Part shown: positions 28,178 to 39,699 of the stretch, in pieces
Layout: each line of letters opens with the position of its first letter
Position numbering within the stretch: position 1 is the first letter of the stretch
DNA from: the human T2T-CHM13v2.0 reference genome, Homo sapiens
DNA length: 64,000 bases
NCBI RefSeq assembly: GCF_009914755.1
Contig: NC_060931.1
Reading direction: 5' to 3' (one strand)
Notes under the pieces: model-generated
What the model was told of the DNA's origin: nothing
What the model saw: only the letters and a program-made list of their open reading frames with translations
Database searches by the model: none
Program-made: the position numbers and the translations under genes

Positions 28178-29989
28178 GAAGAGCGACGTCCGCGTCTCGC
28201 TGCAACGTGCGTTCCCATTGGCGGGCGCAGGGGCTGCTGGCGTCTCGTGACCGTCTCCATAGCGCCGGCGCGCGGAGAAGCGGAGGTAGGCTGTCGGCAG
28301 TCGGCTTGGCGCTGACTTGTAGGACCCCGGGACCGGGCGCCTGGGCCAACTTGGGACCGCTGGGAGTGCAGAGGGGCCCCAGCGCCCGAGCCTTCCGGGA
28401 ATGGACGTGCGCGCCCTTGGGGCCGGCGCATCATCCACCGCCCACTAGCGTTGGCCCGCCCTGGGGAGAGGAGAAAATGCCAGAGGCCGACACTTGACTG
28501 ATGGCGCTGCGGACCTCGCTGGTCTTGGGGACAAGGCGGCAGATTTCCTTTAGAAAAACTTCCCTCTCGCGTCTCCCTGGCCCCGCGGCGACCGAAGAGT
28601 TGGGGTTCGGCTTTCTTCTCCTGGGATTTAAGTGTTATTTGAAACAGCTCCCTGCGCGGCCCTTTTCTCCTAAACTTTGACAGAAACTTCCCTTTGTCCC
28701 TACCAATCCTCAGTGAGTTCTTTACAGGGGTCCGAGACAGGTTGTAGATATGATGCGGCTTATCGGCTTTACCCCGATCCTAGCGGAGTTAGGACTTGCT
28801 GATGTAATTGGCCAGCACCTGCCTAACAATGAAGGTTTAGTTATGCTACAAGTAATGCACCTCTAAAAAAACGTAAAACAGGCTTTACGTTTTACCTGCT
28901 ATCTCCACAGGTTTACTAGCTGCTTAATACAATATGCTTGTATATCAAGGTGAGCAAATTTCAGCAAATGTCATTGTAAATAGTCCCAACTTAAATGGAA
29001 TTGAACTCTGGAACTCAATGTGCATAGAAGTCCCTGAGACTGACGCCATTCTAGATCTACCACTAGATGGTTTGCGATGTACGGAATTAAAGGCAGTCAC
29101 TTCTACCTGAATTGTGATGAAAGTAGTTTACCTGAACATGCTGGGAAAGTGTGCTACCCTGTTTTGTATTAGAAACCAGTTTCCAAGTAAATTGAAAAGC
29201 AAATTTTCAGACTTGACATTAAAAACACCTCCATGTCATTCTTACAAGAGGTACAAAAGCATTTTAGAAAACTAAAGCCAGGAGTTTCTTCCCTTTTACC
29301 AGAATCTTTTCCCTCCATTTAACAATAGTACTGTTGTGCTAAATGAAATTTACTTAATGTATTACTCTTACAGTCTCAAAACAATAAGGGCATTGCAAAC
29401 CTTGTATTATCTCTATCGTGTCAAGGAAACAAAACGGTTCATTTAAGCAGTCATGCAAAAAATTCAAGAAAAACTGATTTTGCTCAATTCAACTAATTGA
29501 AGCAAAGTAGTTTTTCTTGTTGTTTTAATCTGCATTTTGTACATCATTTCCACATTGCTGGACCAGCAAAATTCTGACCTCTGCAATACAATAAAATGTG
29601 TTACTGGTATTGACAGATGAAGCCACAAATAGAAAATGAGCATGGAAATCCTACCTGGACTGAGGTATCAAAGGATACCAAGAGATACTAGAGACAACAA
29701 GGAACCTGGAAAAAGATAGTGTTCCAACCTGTAAATAAGAAAACAGAGAAGGAGGTTCATTAATATTTAAGATACCAGCTAGTAAATTAAAACAGCAATG
29801 TAGTTGTCTGGCTTGAGTATTCAGTTTTATTTACTACATCTTTTTATCTTTTCTAGAAGCAAGGCATTAAGTGTTGACACTTGAGTATTGAACCAATCTG
29901 TGATATGACATGAATATGCCTTTAACTTTCAGAAGTTTGTCTACAGACTTACAAGGAAACCAAAAGTAGTCGCTCTTCCAATGGCTTCC

Positions 29990-30560
29990 TAATTTTCTCA
30001 GCCTGAGTCTTTTCTGCAACCTAAAAATCCTATGCTAGCTGGCCTCCCAAGTCCTACCTCACCTCCACCCCTCTGACCTCATTTCTGCTAAGCACTTTGT
30101 TCCAGTTACACAGACCTGCTCCCTGCTTCTGTAACACCAAGGCATCTTCTTGCCCTGAGGCCCTTACACTGTGTATAGTTTCTATCTGCAAAGATCTTTC
30201 CACCAAATACCTGCATGGCTAGATCTTCCACTTCTGTCCAATCTTTGCTTAAAAGTCATCTTTTTTCAAAGAAGCCTACCCTAATCATCTCATTTAAAAT
30301 ATTGCCCCTTCCCCAGAATCCTCCCTTCCTTGCTTCTGTTTTTTTCATAGTACTTACCTTCTAACCTTCTAACATCGTCATTTTCTATTTTTATTTTCTA
30401 TTGCCTTCCCTCCGCTAGAATGTAAGCTCCACAAGATCGGGGATTTTTTTTTTTTCATTTTGTTCAATGTTTCCTTAGTACCTAAAATACTAGAATAGTA
30501 GATGGCACAGAGTAGATGCTCAATAAATATTTCTTAAGTGAATAAATGAATGGGTGAATC
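29990..30560 (+). mobile_element. L2 LINE 3' end
   Basis: CTAGAATGTAAGCTCCACAAG...GCTCAATAAATATTT...GAATAAATGAATG. Confidence 0.8.
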
Positions 30561-30799
30561 ATTGCCTAAAAGACACTAAAAGGAAAAGACCTAATTAAAA
30601 CTATTTAAAAACAAAATCCTTGGTGTTGAAAGATTAAATTATTTAAAAGTTGGCCATTGTGTGTTCTCTTGTCTTCCAATTAATAGGAACATCACTTCTG
30701 CCACTGGAATGTCGAAGTGTATGACAATTGTTACTTCCACTAGAATGCTACAGAAAAGTTTAGGACAAAATTGTGAGCTATGCCTTTTCCTTCACCTTT

Positions 30800-30943
30800 T
30801 TTCTTTTCCTTTTTTTAAATTTGTTGTAGAGATGTGTTCTCACTATGTTGCCAGACTAGTCTCTGGACTCCTGGCCTCAAAGATCCTCAGGCTTTGACCT
30901 CCCAAAGTGCTGGGATTGCAGGAATGAGCCACCACACCTGGCC
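30800..30943 (-). mobile_element. FLAM-type Alu monomer
   Basis: Reverse left monomer preceded by a T-rich tract. Confidence 0.8.
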
Positions 30944-31364
30944 TCCTTCACTTTCTTAAATACATCTTGGGCATGAGTCAAAGTTAATTTCCTAGGAAGG
31001 GAAGCAACAAAGCGAATAAGGTATACTATTTAAGAGACTTACGGAAATTAAGGAGTTATATAGTTGGAAAAGAGAATGCTTATAGAAACAGCTAGCTTAA
31101 AAAAAAAAAGCACCTAATTTGATACAGATTCCATGTCTTAAAAACATCCTATTCATATCAGTTGTTACAGAGGAAACCTGGGACAGGGTGATCTGAGATG
31201 CCTGGTTCTTTGGCTATCAGAAATTAAAACAAAGCAAGCTATCGTAAGGGATGCATCTGTGACTGTTACTGCAAAAGGTTTGATTCCTCAGCAGCAGTGT
31301 CCAGTCTGTCTGATTAACACAGGAAAGCATGACAAAAAGAGGTAAGAGGCAAAAGTCAAGTGTG

Positions 31365-31663
31365 TTTTTTGAGACGGAGTCTCGCTCTGTCACCGAGGCT
31401 GGAGTGCAGTGGCGCTCTCTGCTCACTGCAAGCTCCGCCTCCCGAGTTCACGCCATTCTCCTGCCTCAGCCTCCCGAGTAGCTGGGACTACAGGCGCCTG
31501 CCACCATGCCCGGCTAATTTTTTTTATTTTTATTTTTTTATTTTTAGTAGAGACAGGGTTTCGCCATGTTAGCCAGGATGGTCTCCGTCTCCTAACCTTG
31601 TGATCCGCCCGCCTCCACCTCCCAAAGTGCTGGGATTACAGGCGTGAGCCACCGCGCCCGGCC
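31365..31663 (-). mobile_element. AluY SINE
   Basis: CTGCAAGCTCCGCC...TTCACGCCATTC, GTTAGCCAGGATGG diagnostics; CpG-rich. Confidence 0.95.
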
Positions 31664-32599
31664 GTAAGATGCTTTTAAACAAGCCACTGCCAGTGATTTC
31701 TAAACCTACAAGCAAAAATTCGGAATATCCAAGTTGCCTGTTTTTTAGTTTTGAAACAAAAACAATTTCTTCTACATATTCAGGTTGTCACAAATTGGCT
31801 CTAATTGCTTTTTGAGAAGCAGGAAAAGTATGCCTTTAACCTCCTAGGCAAATTGCATCTAGCAAACAGTTGTGTCATTTAATCTTTTGATGTCTTAAAG
31901 CATTCTATTAACTCCAGTTTCTTCATAATGCAATATTGTCAGTGTCATCTACCATCTCTACTGAACATTAAATACTATATACTCATTAACAAGGATTGGT
32001 GTCAAAACCTGCAAATTGGTATTGAAATCATGCATTGACAACAGAGGAGACATCCTAAGAACAGATAAGAGTTGGATATCCCGATTCTTTTTTACAGCTT
32101 TAATAGGGCAGTAGTAAGCAGAAATCTCAGAGCATTTAAGAGTACTCTGAAGTCTAGCCCAGCATGTACTTTTTTCTTGCATGATTCTTTTTGAGGCAAT
32201 GTTGAGCCAACTCAAGACAGAAAGACAGAAGCAGAAATAATATGAGGCTTTACTAACAAATGCAGCCATAACAAAATAATAATGTACACAAATGCTTTCA
32301 ATATTAGCTCCACAATGCAAAGATCTAAATAGAAAGAACCACATTATAAATTTGTAAAAGTCTATAAAATAATTAAGAGGTATTACTACATCAATGACAC
32401 CTCAGTCAATCATTTTGAAAACAAAAATTTAGAGCACTTTTCAAACATTTAATTCTTAATTATGGATACTGTTTTTCAGTATCTATTATGGGCCAGGCAC
32501 TGGTGGTAGACATTTTGCATGTATTATATTTAACATTTGAAAAAGACCATTACAGTAGATCACTACCCTTAGAGGCCACTAGAGGTTTAGTAATTTGCA

Positions 32600-33860
32600 C
32601 CACATTACCTATCAAGGATTCATACTATCAACATGATTTATCACTGGTGATGTTGACCTTTATCACCTGAATGAGATAGTGTTTGTCAAGTTTCTCCACT
32701 GTAAAGTTACCATTTTCCCCCGTTCTATGCTATCCTCCTTGGATGGAAATCACTATGTGCAGCCCACACTTAAAGAGTGGGGATTTCTGCTTCTCCTTTT
32801 GCTGGTGGAATATGTAGATAAATTATGTGGCATTTTTTTTTTGCATGGGAGATTTGTCTTTTCTCCCTTTTTATTTAATCATTTATGTATATGAGTATGG
32901 ACATATAAATATTTGTTTTATACTTTGAGTTATAATCTAATACTACTTTGTTGTTCAAATTGTCCCAGCTTTGGCCACTGGAGCTCTCTTAGTTGTCCTA
33001 TTTCCTTTTAATATACTCCCATCAATGTGGTATGGTTTTTTGTTTGGTTAGTTTTGTTTTTAAGCACATGGTTACTTTCTAGTACTATAAGATGCTCTGG
33101 GGTCATCATGCCCCAGGCCTAGAATTAGCCATATCTTTCAGAAATCTTGGTTTCTTTTATTGGAGAATGGTGTCAGAAACCAAAATCTGGGCTCAAGAAG
33201 TGCTGTTTGCTGCTTCAGTGTCAATTCTTTTAAGACCTCGTAGCTGACACAGCAAGGAATTAAATACTTGTATATTAACCCATGTATATATGCCTATGTA
33301 TAAATATTTCTGCATGTAATCATCTGTATTTATATTAAGCTAAATGTGAATTCATACTGGTATCTCCAACTCTAATCCATTATCAGATGGATCATTCTAG
33401 TCTCTTCCCCTAGCTTATCTGTATGTAATTTCCACTTCAACAGTGAGAAACTGACACCTAACATCTACCATCCATTTACTTAATTGTTCAGTTTGAAAAT
33501 ACATATATGGCAATTTCAGAATTGTTAACCCATACTCCCATTGGAAACAAATTTATCAACTAGAGTACATTGCCTACATGCAGTCCCTTCAGTCTTATAG
33601 ACAAATCATTCCTAAAGTCACTTAGTTCAGCACCTTTTCTCCCAACCCTTTCATTGAGGTTGTTTCATATGTTTGCAATACATTTAAATTCTCTTGTCAA
33701 AGTCAGCATTCTTTCCTGAGATCTGCCTACCTCCTAAATGATTTGATTTTTAATTTGCATACATTTTCACTCTTTGTGCTGCAAAGTTCTGCAAGTTCTG
33801 ACAAATGCATTATGTCAGGTCTCCACTTTATAGTATCATACAGAATAGTTTCATAGCCCT
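32600..33860 (-). mobile_element. Old L1MC/L1MD-type 3' region
   Basis: Reverse-strand L1M 3'UTR-like sequence (TTTCTCCACTGTAAAGTTAC..., TGTCCCAGCTTTGGCCACTGG, GTATCATACAGAATAGTTTCA). Confidence 0.65.
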
Positions 33861-36800
33861 AAAACATAAAGGAAAAGAGAAGTACATAACAAAATTGCCT
33901 TTACATATTTATCTGTAGACCCAAACAACTGATCATTGTATTGAATAAACTTCACTTGAATCATAGAGATATTTATATTGATATATAATATGTAATCGAT
34001 TTCTCTATAATACCTAATTACCTAATACTTGTTAAAGTCTTACCATATGCTAGTAGCTGTTCTAAGTGCTTCACAATAATCCTATAAGATAGAAACTGTT
34101 ATTTCCATTTTACAAATGAGTAAACTGAGGCTCAGAGAGTTAAAATTTTTTGCTGAAGTTTACATAGCTAGTAGAAGAGCCAATATTTAAAGAAAAAATT
34201 ATATATATACATTTATACATAACTGTGTATATGTATAAACTTATCTATATGTACGTATATATGTCATGTGAAGTTGTATGATACAGAATTGTGTGTGTAC
34301 TGTGTCAAGTATATTAATTAAGCTAACTTTAAGAACTAAAAATTTTCAACCATCTTTGTCCTTCATTTTTTAATGTGAATCATAAATGTTGTGGTGGGTC
34401 CTTGAACTCCTGTTTTTGCCTTTAGCCAAAGAAGGAAATGAGAAAAGGAATCAGTACTCATAGATGAAGCTTAATACGTGCCTATATTTAAGGCTTACCT
34501 CAGCTGGTTTCATTTTTACAGAAGAAGGGTGAAATCAAAGGCTGTCATTATATTGCTTCCTGTTTTACTATTTTAACAACTGAGGTAAAATAATGAGATT
34601 ATTCTAAGAATTGCTGTTGTTTTTAAATGATAATATGATAATTTGCACAGTTAATTTGGCATGTCTTCACCCTTGCATATATGGTGATCTTTTTGTTTTG
34701 AATGAAAATTTTAAATTGAAAACTATTTATAATAAATGTATATACAATTAAATGGAAGAGATGTTACACACATGCCCCATAATATTGGCTGTGGAATAAA
34801 AAGAATACAAGCGTGGAAAGATTTGCACTGTGGCCTTGCCTTTGCTGTTTAATGAGATTAAACCTTGGAAATGAAAGATCACCATTTGTTGAGCTTCAGT
34901 TTCCTTTTCTGTAAAGTAATGAAATTAAAACATATAATTAGAGTAACACTAATATACTGTCTACATTAATACGGTGGGTTATTATTGTAATCATTGGACA
35001 ATGCCTTGTGGCTCAAGATCAAATGCTTCATAAGGTTTCTTTTCGTGTTAAAACTGTTATACTTAATGAAAGTAAGTTGCAGTTCATTTTCTTATCACTT
35101 TCCTTCAACAAACATATGCATCATCACCTTTTTACAAAAACCTTGCTACCAAGCAGTGGCACAAACTGCTGTGAACTATTTTGTGTATGATAATGAACTC
35201 CTTGAATTACCACCTTTCTATTTAAAATGAGACACCTCCTACCTTATAATGGCCATATGTGCAAATATCCATGAACAGAAAAATCAGCAAAAATGTCAAG
35301 AAAAGTCCTGGTGTATAAAGACAAATCAAATTATCAAATAAAAGACATGTAAAATCAGGCTATTTGTTCTTGAAATCTATGGGATGTTCACCTAATCTCG
35401 ATGGATAAGATTTGTATTCTGTCTTGTTCACTAAATCAGCAAAATGCTGAGGGCTTCACATTTTATTTTTAAAAATAGATGTCCTTTTCGAGTTTTCCTG
35501 TTGCTGGGGAAGTGTTCTTGCTGTTGCTAACAGAGAGCTAAATGTTCTGCTTTGAATGGGATGTGTTTGTTTTTATTGGTAGGAGTGGCAGAAGGATGAA
35601 TGAAGGAATTCATGTTTTTTAACTGTGTTTCTTTAAGTGACATGTCTGCCTTCTGGGTAGAGGTACCCCATTGGCTATTTACCAGATAATCTGTCTATAC
35701 AATCATAGAATATGCTCATTTGTTTACATATTATTTTATTCATTAAATCTTAAATGGGCTAACTATTCAAATTTAGAGAGCATAAGGTTATGGAATTCAT
35801 ATCAGGAACATCAATTATCGCTCAACATCTAGTGGTTAGAAGGTACACAGAAGATACTTAAACCCTTTACATGTTTGCCTAATGTAATTTAGCCTCAAAA
35901 AAGGGAAGAAAAATAGATGAGATCTGGCTTTTTCTTTAAATCTTCTGATCATATAATTAAAATACAAGCCATTGTTTCTTAATCTTTATATATTACTCTT
36001 TGCTCTATTTACCACAGGAAACTGATGAGAGAAATATCACAGACAAAATATTACAAATTATTACTTTGGTATATACTGTGCTTAAAACTGCATGGAAAAA
36101 CAGTAGTTATTCTGGCTATCCCAAGCTTAAAATAGGAATTACAGAATTACTTTTTAATGTAATTTTATTGCCCTAAAGTTAAGTTCTATATTATTATGAT
36201 TTTAATTCTGTTGTAGTACTCTGTAAAAGATTGTTGATTTCTTAAACAAGAGCTTTTACTTTGTTTGAAGTTATGTCTGTTCTTCTGAGTAATTCATTGA
36301 ACTTTATGGATATGCCAGAAAATTTGGTAATGCTGAAATTCTACACTGTGAAAATATAATTGAGTTTCTAAATTTCATGTTTGTCTTTAGGGGAAGGTTG
36401 TTAATCTGTGAGTCATTGGTTTATGGGGAGGAGGCAATATTTCATAATATCTCTCTAAATCAATCTGTAGCATGACGATGCTATGTGTTCACCTAATTAT
36501 TTCATTTTCCTCATTGATGTTGAAAGAGCTTACATGCTCTACCTATTTGGGCAGGGTGGTCTAACTAGCTTACATCAAAGGAGTGTAGCAATCCTCCCAT
36601 CTCTCCATCTTCCAAGGTGACCTTGGATGCTACAGATTGAGATAATAGAAACTCAAACTGGAAGGAACCGCACAGGAGAACCCATCTACTAGATCAGGAA
36701 AAAAATACCTTTGGACTTTGCATGAGTGACAAATTCTTTTATTATTATGGGTGGCTGTTACAGCAGCTGGCAATATATGCCCTGAATTAAATGCCCTCTA

Positions 36801-37046
36801 ACTCTACTTACTGAGAATAGAAAGTTTCTAACCTAAGGAATGTTTGCCCTCTTTTTCCCCCCACCCTTCAGAATGAGGGGACTGTTTTAATTAAGTGATA
36901 TTACTTAAGTAGATCTCCAATTGATTTACAATTCTCTAAGGACTATGGCCTTAATAAATCATGTCCTAGGTGTTATAGATTAGAACACACACACACACGC
37001 AGATTAAGATTTCTGGGTGAAAAGGGTGACCTCAAAACCCTGCTGT

Positions 37047-37357
37047 GGCCGGGTGTGGTGGCTCCCAAAGTGGTAATCCCAGCACTTTGGGAGGCCGAGG
37101 TGGGTGGATCACTTGAGGTCAGGAGTTCAAGACCAGCCTGACCAACATGGTGAAACCCTATCTCTACTAAAAAAAAAATACAAAATTAGCTGGGCGTGGT
37201 GGCACACACCTGTAATCCCAGCTACTCGTGAGGCTGAGGCAGGAGAATTGCTTGAACCCAAGAGGCGGAGGTTACAGTGAGCTGAGGTCGCACCATTTCA
37301 TTCCAACCTGGACAACAAGAGCAAAACTCCATCTAAAAACAAAAAAAACAAAAAAAA
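37047..37357 (+). mobile_element. AluS-family SINE
   Basis: Full dimer; TSD AAAACCCT(G/A)CTG. Confidence 0.93.
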
Positions 37358-37938
37358 CCCTACTGCAACCAGGTTACACAGAAAAGAAAACCAAGGAAGC
37401 AATGAATAGCAATAAGGATGAATAAGACAGTTATGGACCGGAAACAGTGAACAGTTACTCTGAAAATCCTGAGAACCTCTCCAGAGAGTTCCGATAGCTA
37501 ATATAATCCAAGGATGTGGTCAAATTGGAAACTAAGGGAGTACACGTAGGTGTTTTGCTTAGGAATCTGCATCAAAGAATAACTCAAGTCACCTGGATTG
37601 GGGTGGATTTTGCCCTGGGGATGTTTGACAGGTGCTTCTCACCTCTGACAGTCACCCACACTGACAGTTCACTTGGGTGAACAAGGGAACTAATGCTTAT
37701 TGAATGCCTCCTCTGTGCCAGGCACATTATGTGCGTTACCTTTAAACTTCATGGGGTAAGTATTGCTGGCCCCATTTACACAAGGAAATAAAATTCAGAT
37801 GGATAATTTGCCCAGGAGTTATTTGCCAATAACAGGCAAATCAATTTGAGTCTAGACTTTTTTTACTTGGAACTTACTCTTTTTTCTGTAAGCTCTCACA
37901 AGTTGAATCTCAGTTCTAGGAGTTAGTACACCTTTTGA

Positions 37939-38346
<408 letters not shown>

Positions 38347-38973
38347 TAAAGAACTCTTTAAATAAACTATCATTTATCTAGTGATGATGAGTTTTTCCAG
38401 TTTACCTACTTTCTCCCCTCTCATGTAAGAGACAAGAGTGAGTCCAGTAGTTTTATCTGATTTCTCTTGTTAATTTGTGAAAATCTAACCGTAGTTCTAT
38501 TCTGATCTTAACAAACTTTACCTCTCCTCTTTGTAAATTGCTAATCTGACACATTTATTTTTCTCATTGATTGACATGACATTATACATTTGGAAAATCC
38601 AAAATGGCAAATAATCTAAAACTTGTCAAATTATAAAGTAAAGCAATTCAAATTTTAGTGTTTGACACTGGATATTCACCTAAATATAGTTACTGAGTAT
38701 GTTGTTTTAGATAAATCACAGGGATGCCGTGGCTGAATCTTGATTTTACATGTCAGCTCTCTAAGTTATTAATAATAACTTCAAATTATTGTTTCTTAAT
38801 TTAAATCTTCTTCATAAGAATCATGCAAAACATCTTTCATGATTTGCTGTTACTTGTTTGAACTGGCTCACAAAACAATTGTTAAATTTTTGGAATTTTG
38901 CTAAATGATTTCTAATAACAGCCATTATTAAAAAATAAAGTATATAAACTTACAATTAAATAGATGATATATA

Positions 38974-39036
38974 GGGGCACATGTCATCAGGACCTCTTGA
39001 GGCTGTGTCACAGAAAAAAATATAAATAAATAAATA
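38974..39036 (+). mobile_element. 40-bp MER4-group LTR fragment retrocopy with A-tail and 16-bp TSD
   Basis: GGGGCACATGTCATCAGGACCTCTTGAGGCTGTGTCACAG + A-rich tail; TSD AAATAG(A/G)TGATATATA at 38958-38973 and 39037-39052. Confidence 0.75.
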
Positions 39037-39336
39037 AAATAGGTGATATATAAAACGAAGGTAGTGAATATTCAAAAATCTTTACTTATTATTTTACCCT
39101 TTTTTACTGTTATGTATGTGTTTGAGGTTATGTATGTCTTGTATGGTGAAAATAATATAGATTGGGGTATTAGTGCACATCTCTGTGTTCAGTGATGTCC
39201 TGTCAGTAGCTTAAAACCAGCTGTAGTGGGAGAATTTACACAACAGAAATAGCCAAGTGAAAAATTAAGGCTTGAATTATTGCTTTCCTGATTTTGTAGA
39301 GTTAAGATCAAGAGAAAACGTTAATAATGAATAATA

Positions 39337-39633
39337 GGCCAGACATCGTGGCTCACACCTGTAATCCCAGCACTTTGGGAGGCTGAGGCAGGAGGATTGC
39401 TTGAGGCCAGGAGTATGAGACCAGCCTGGGCAACATAGTGAGATCCTGTTTTTACAAAAATAAAATAAAAAATAGCCTGGCATGGTGGCACATGCCTGAA
39501 ATCCCACCTACTGGAGAGGCTGAGGCAGGAGGATCACCTGAGCCCAGGAGTTCAAGGTTGCAGTGAGCCATGGTCACGCCACTGCACCCCAGCCCAGGCG
39601 ACAAAGTGAAACCCTGTCTCAAAACAAGAAAAC
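39337..39633 (+). mobile_element. AluJ-family SINE
   Basis: Dimer with AluJ features. Confidence 0.92.
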
Positions 39634-39699
39634 ACACACATAAAGGTGTCATGACTAGCTGTACATGATGTATAGCACAAAGAACTATCCTTCAAGTAT

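Larger units (their letters stand above)
27974..28185 (-). other. SNX13: SNX13 exon 1 (5'UTR plus 12 coding nt); TSS approximate
   Basis: 3' end fixed by the GTAAGC donor; 5' end inferred from pyrimidine-rich GCTCTTCC just upstream of the TISU motif. Confidence 0.65.
27480..28660. promoter_or_regulatory. SNX13: CpG-island promoter of SNX13
   Basis: Abrupt GC/CpG enrichment against an AT-rich background; minus-strand CCAAT at ~28216-28220; YY1/TISU motif at 28166-28177; RFX-like CATGGCAAC at ~28027-28035. Confidence 0.9.

Noticed and set aside
28003-28497. Plus-strand 164-aa and 95-aa ORFs in the CpG island
   Set aside because: Low-complexity Arg/Ala/Gly-rich translations expected by chance in very GC-rich DNA; no recognisable protein. 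A divergent non-coding transcript cannot be assessed from sequence alone.
28868-28893. Perfect 10-bp hairpin AAAACGTAAA-acaggc-TTTACGTTTT upstream of the promoter
   Set aside because: A short AT-rich stem that is plausible by chance in 64 kb, with no other support.
31958-32344. 128-aa minus-strand ORF in unique sequence
   Set aside because: No recognisable homology, promoter or splice context; consistent with a chance ORF.
34300-36450. Repeat-poor intergenic stretch as a possible enhancer or conserved element
   Set aside because: Absence of recognisable repeats is not positive evidence; conservation or chromatin data would be needed.
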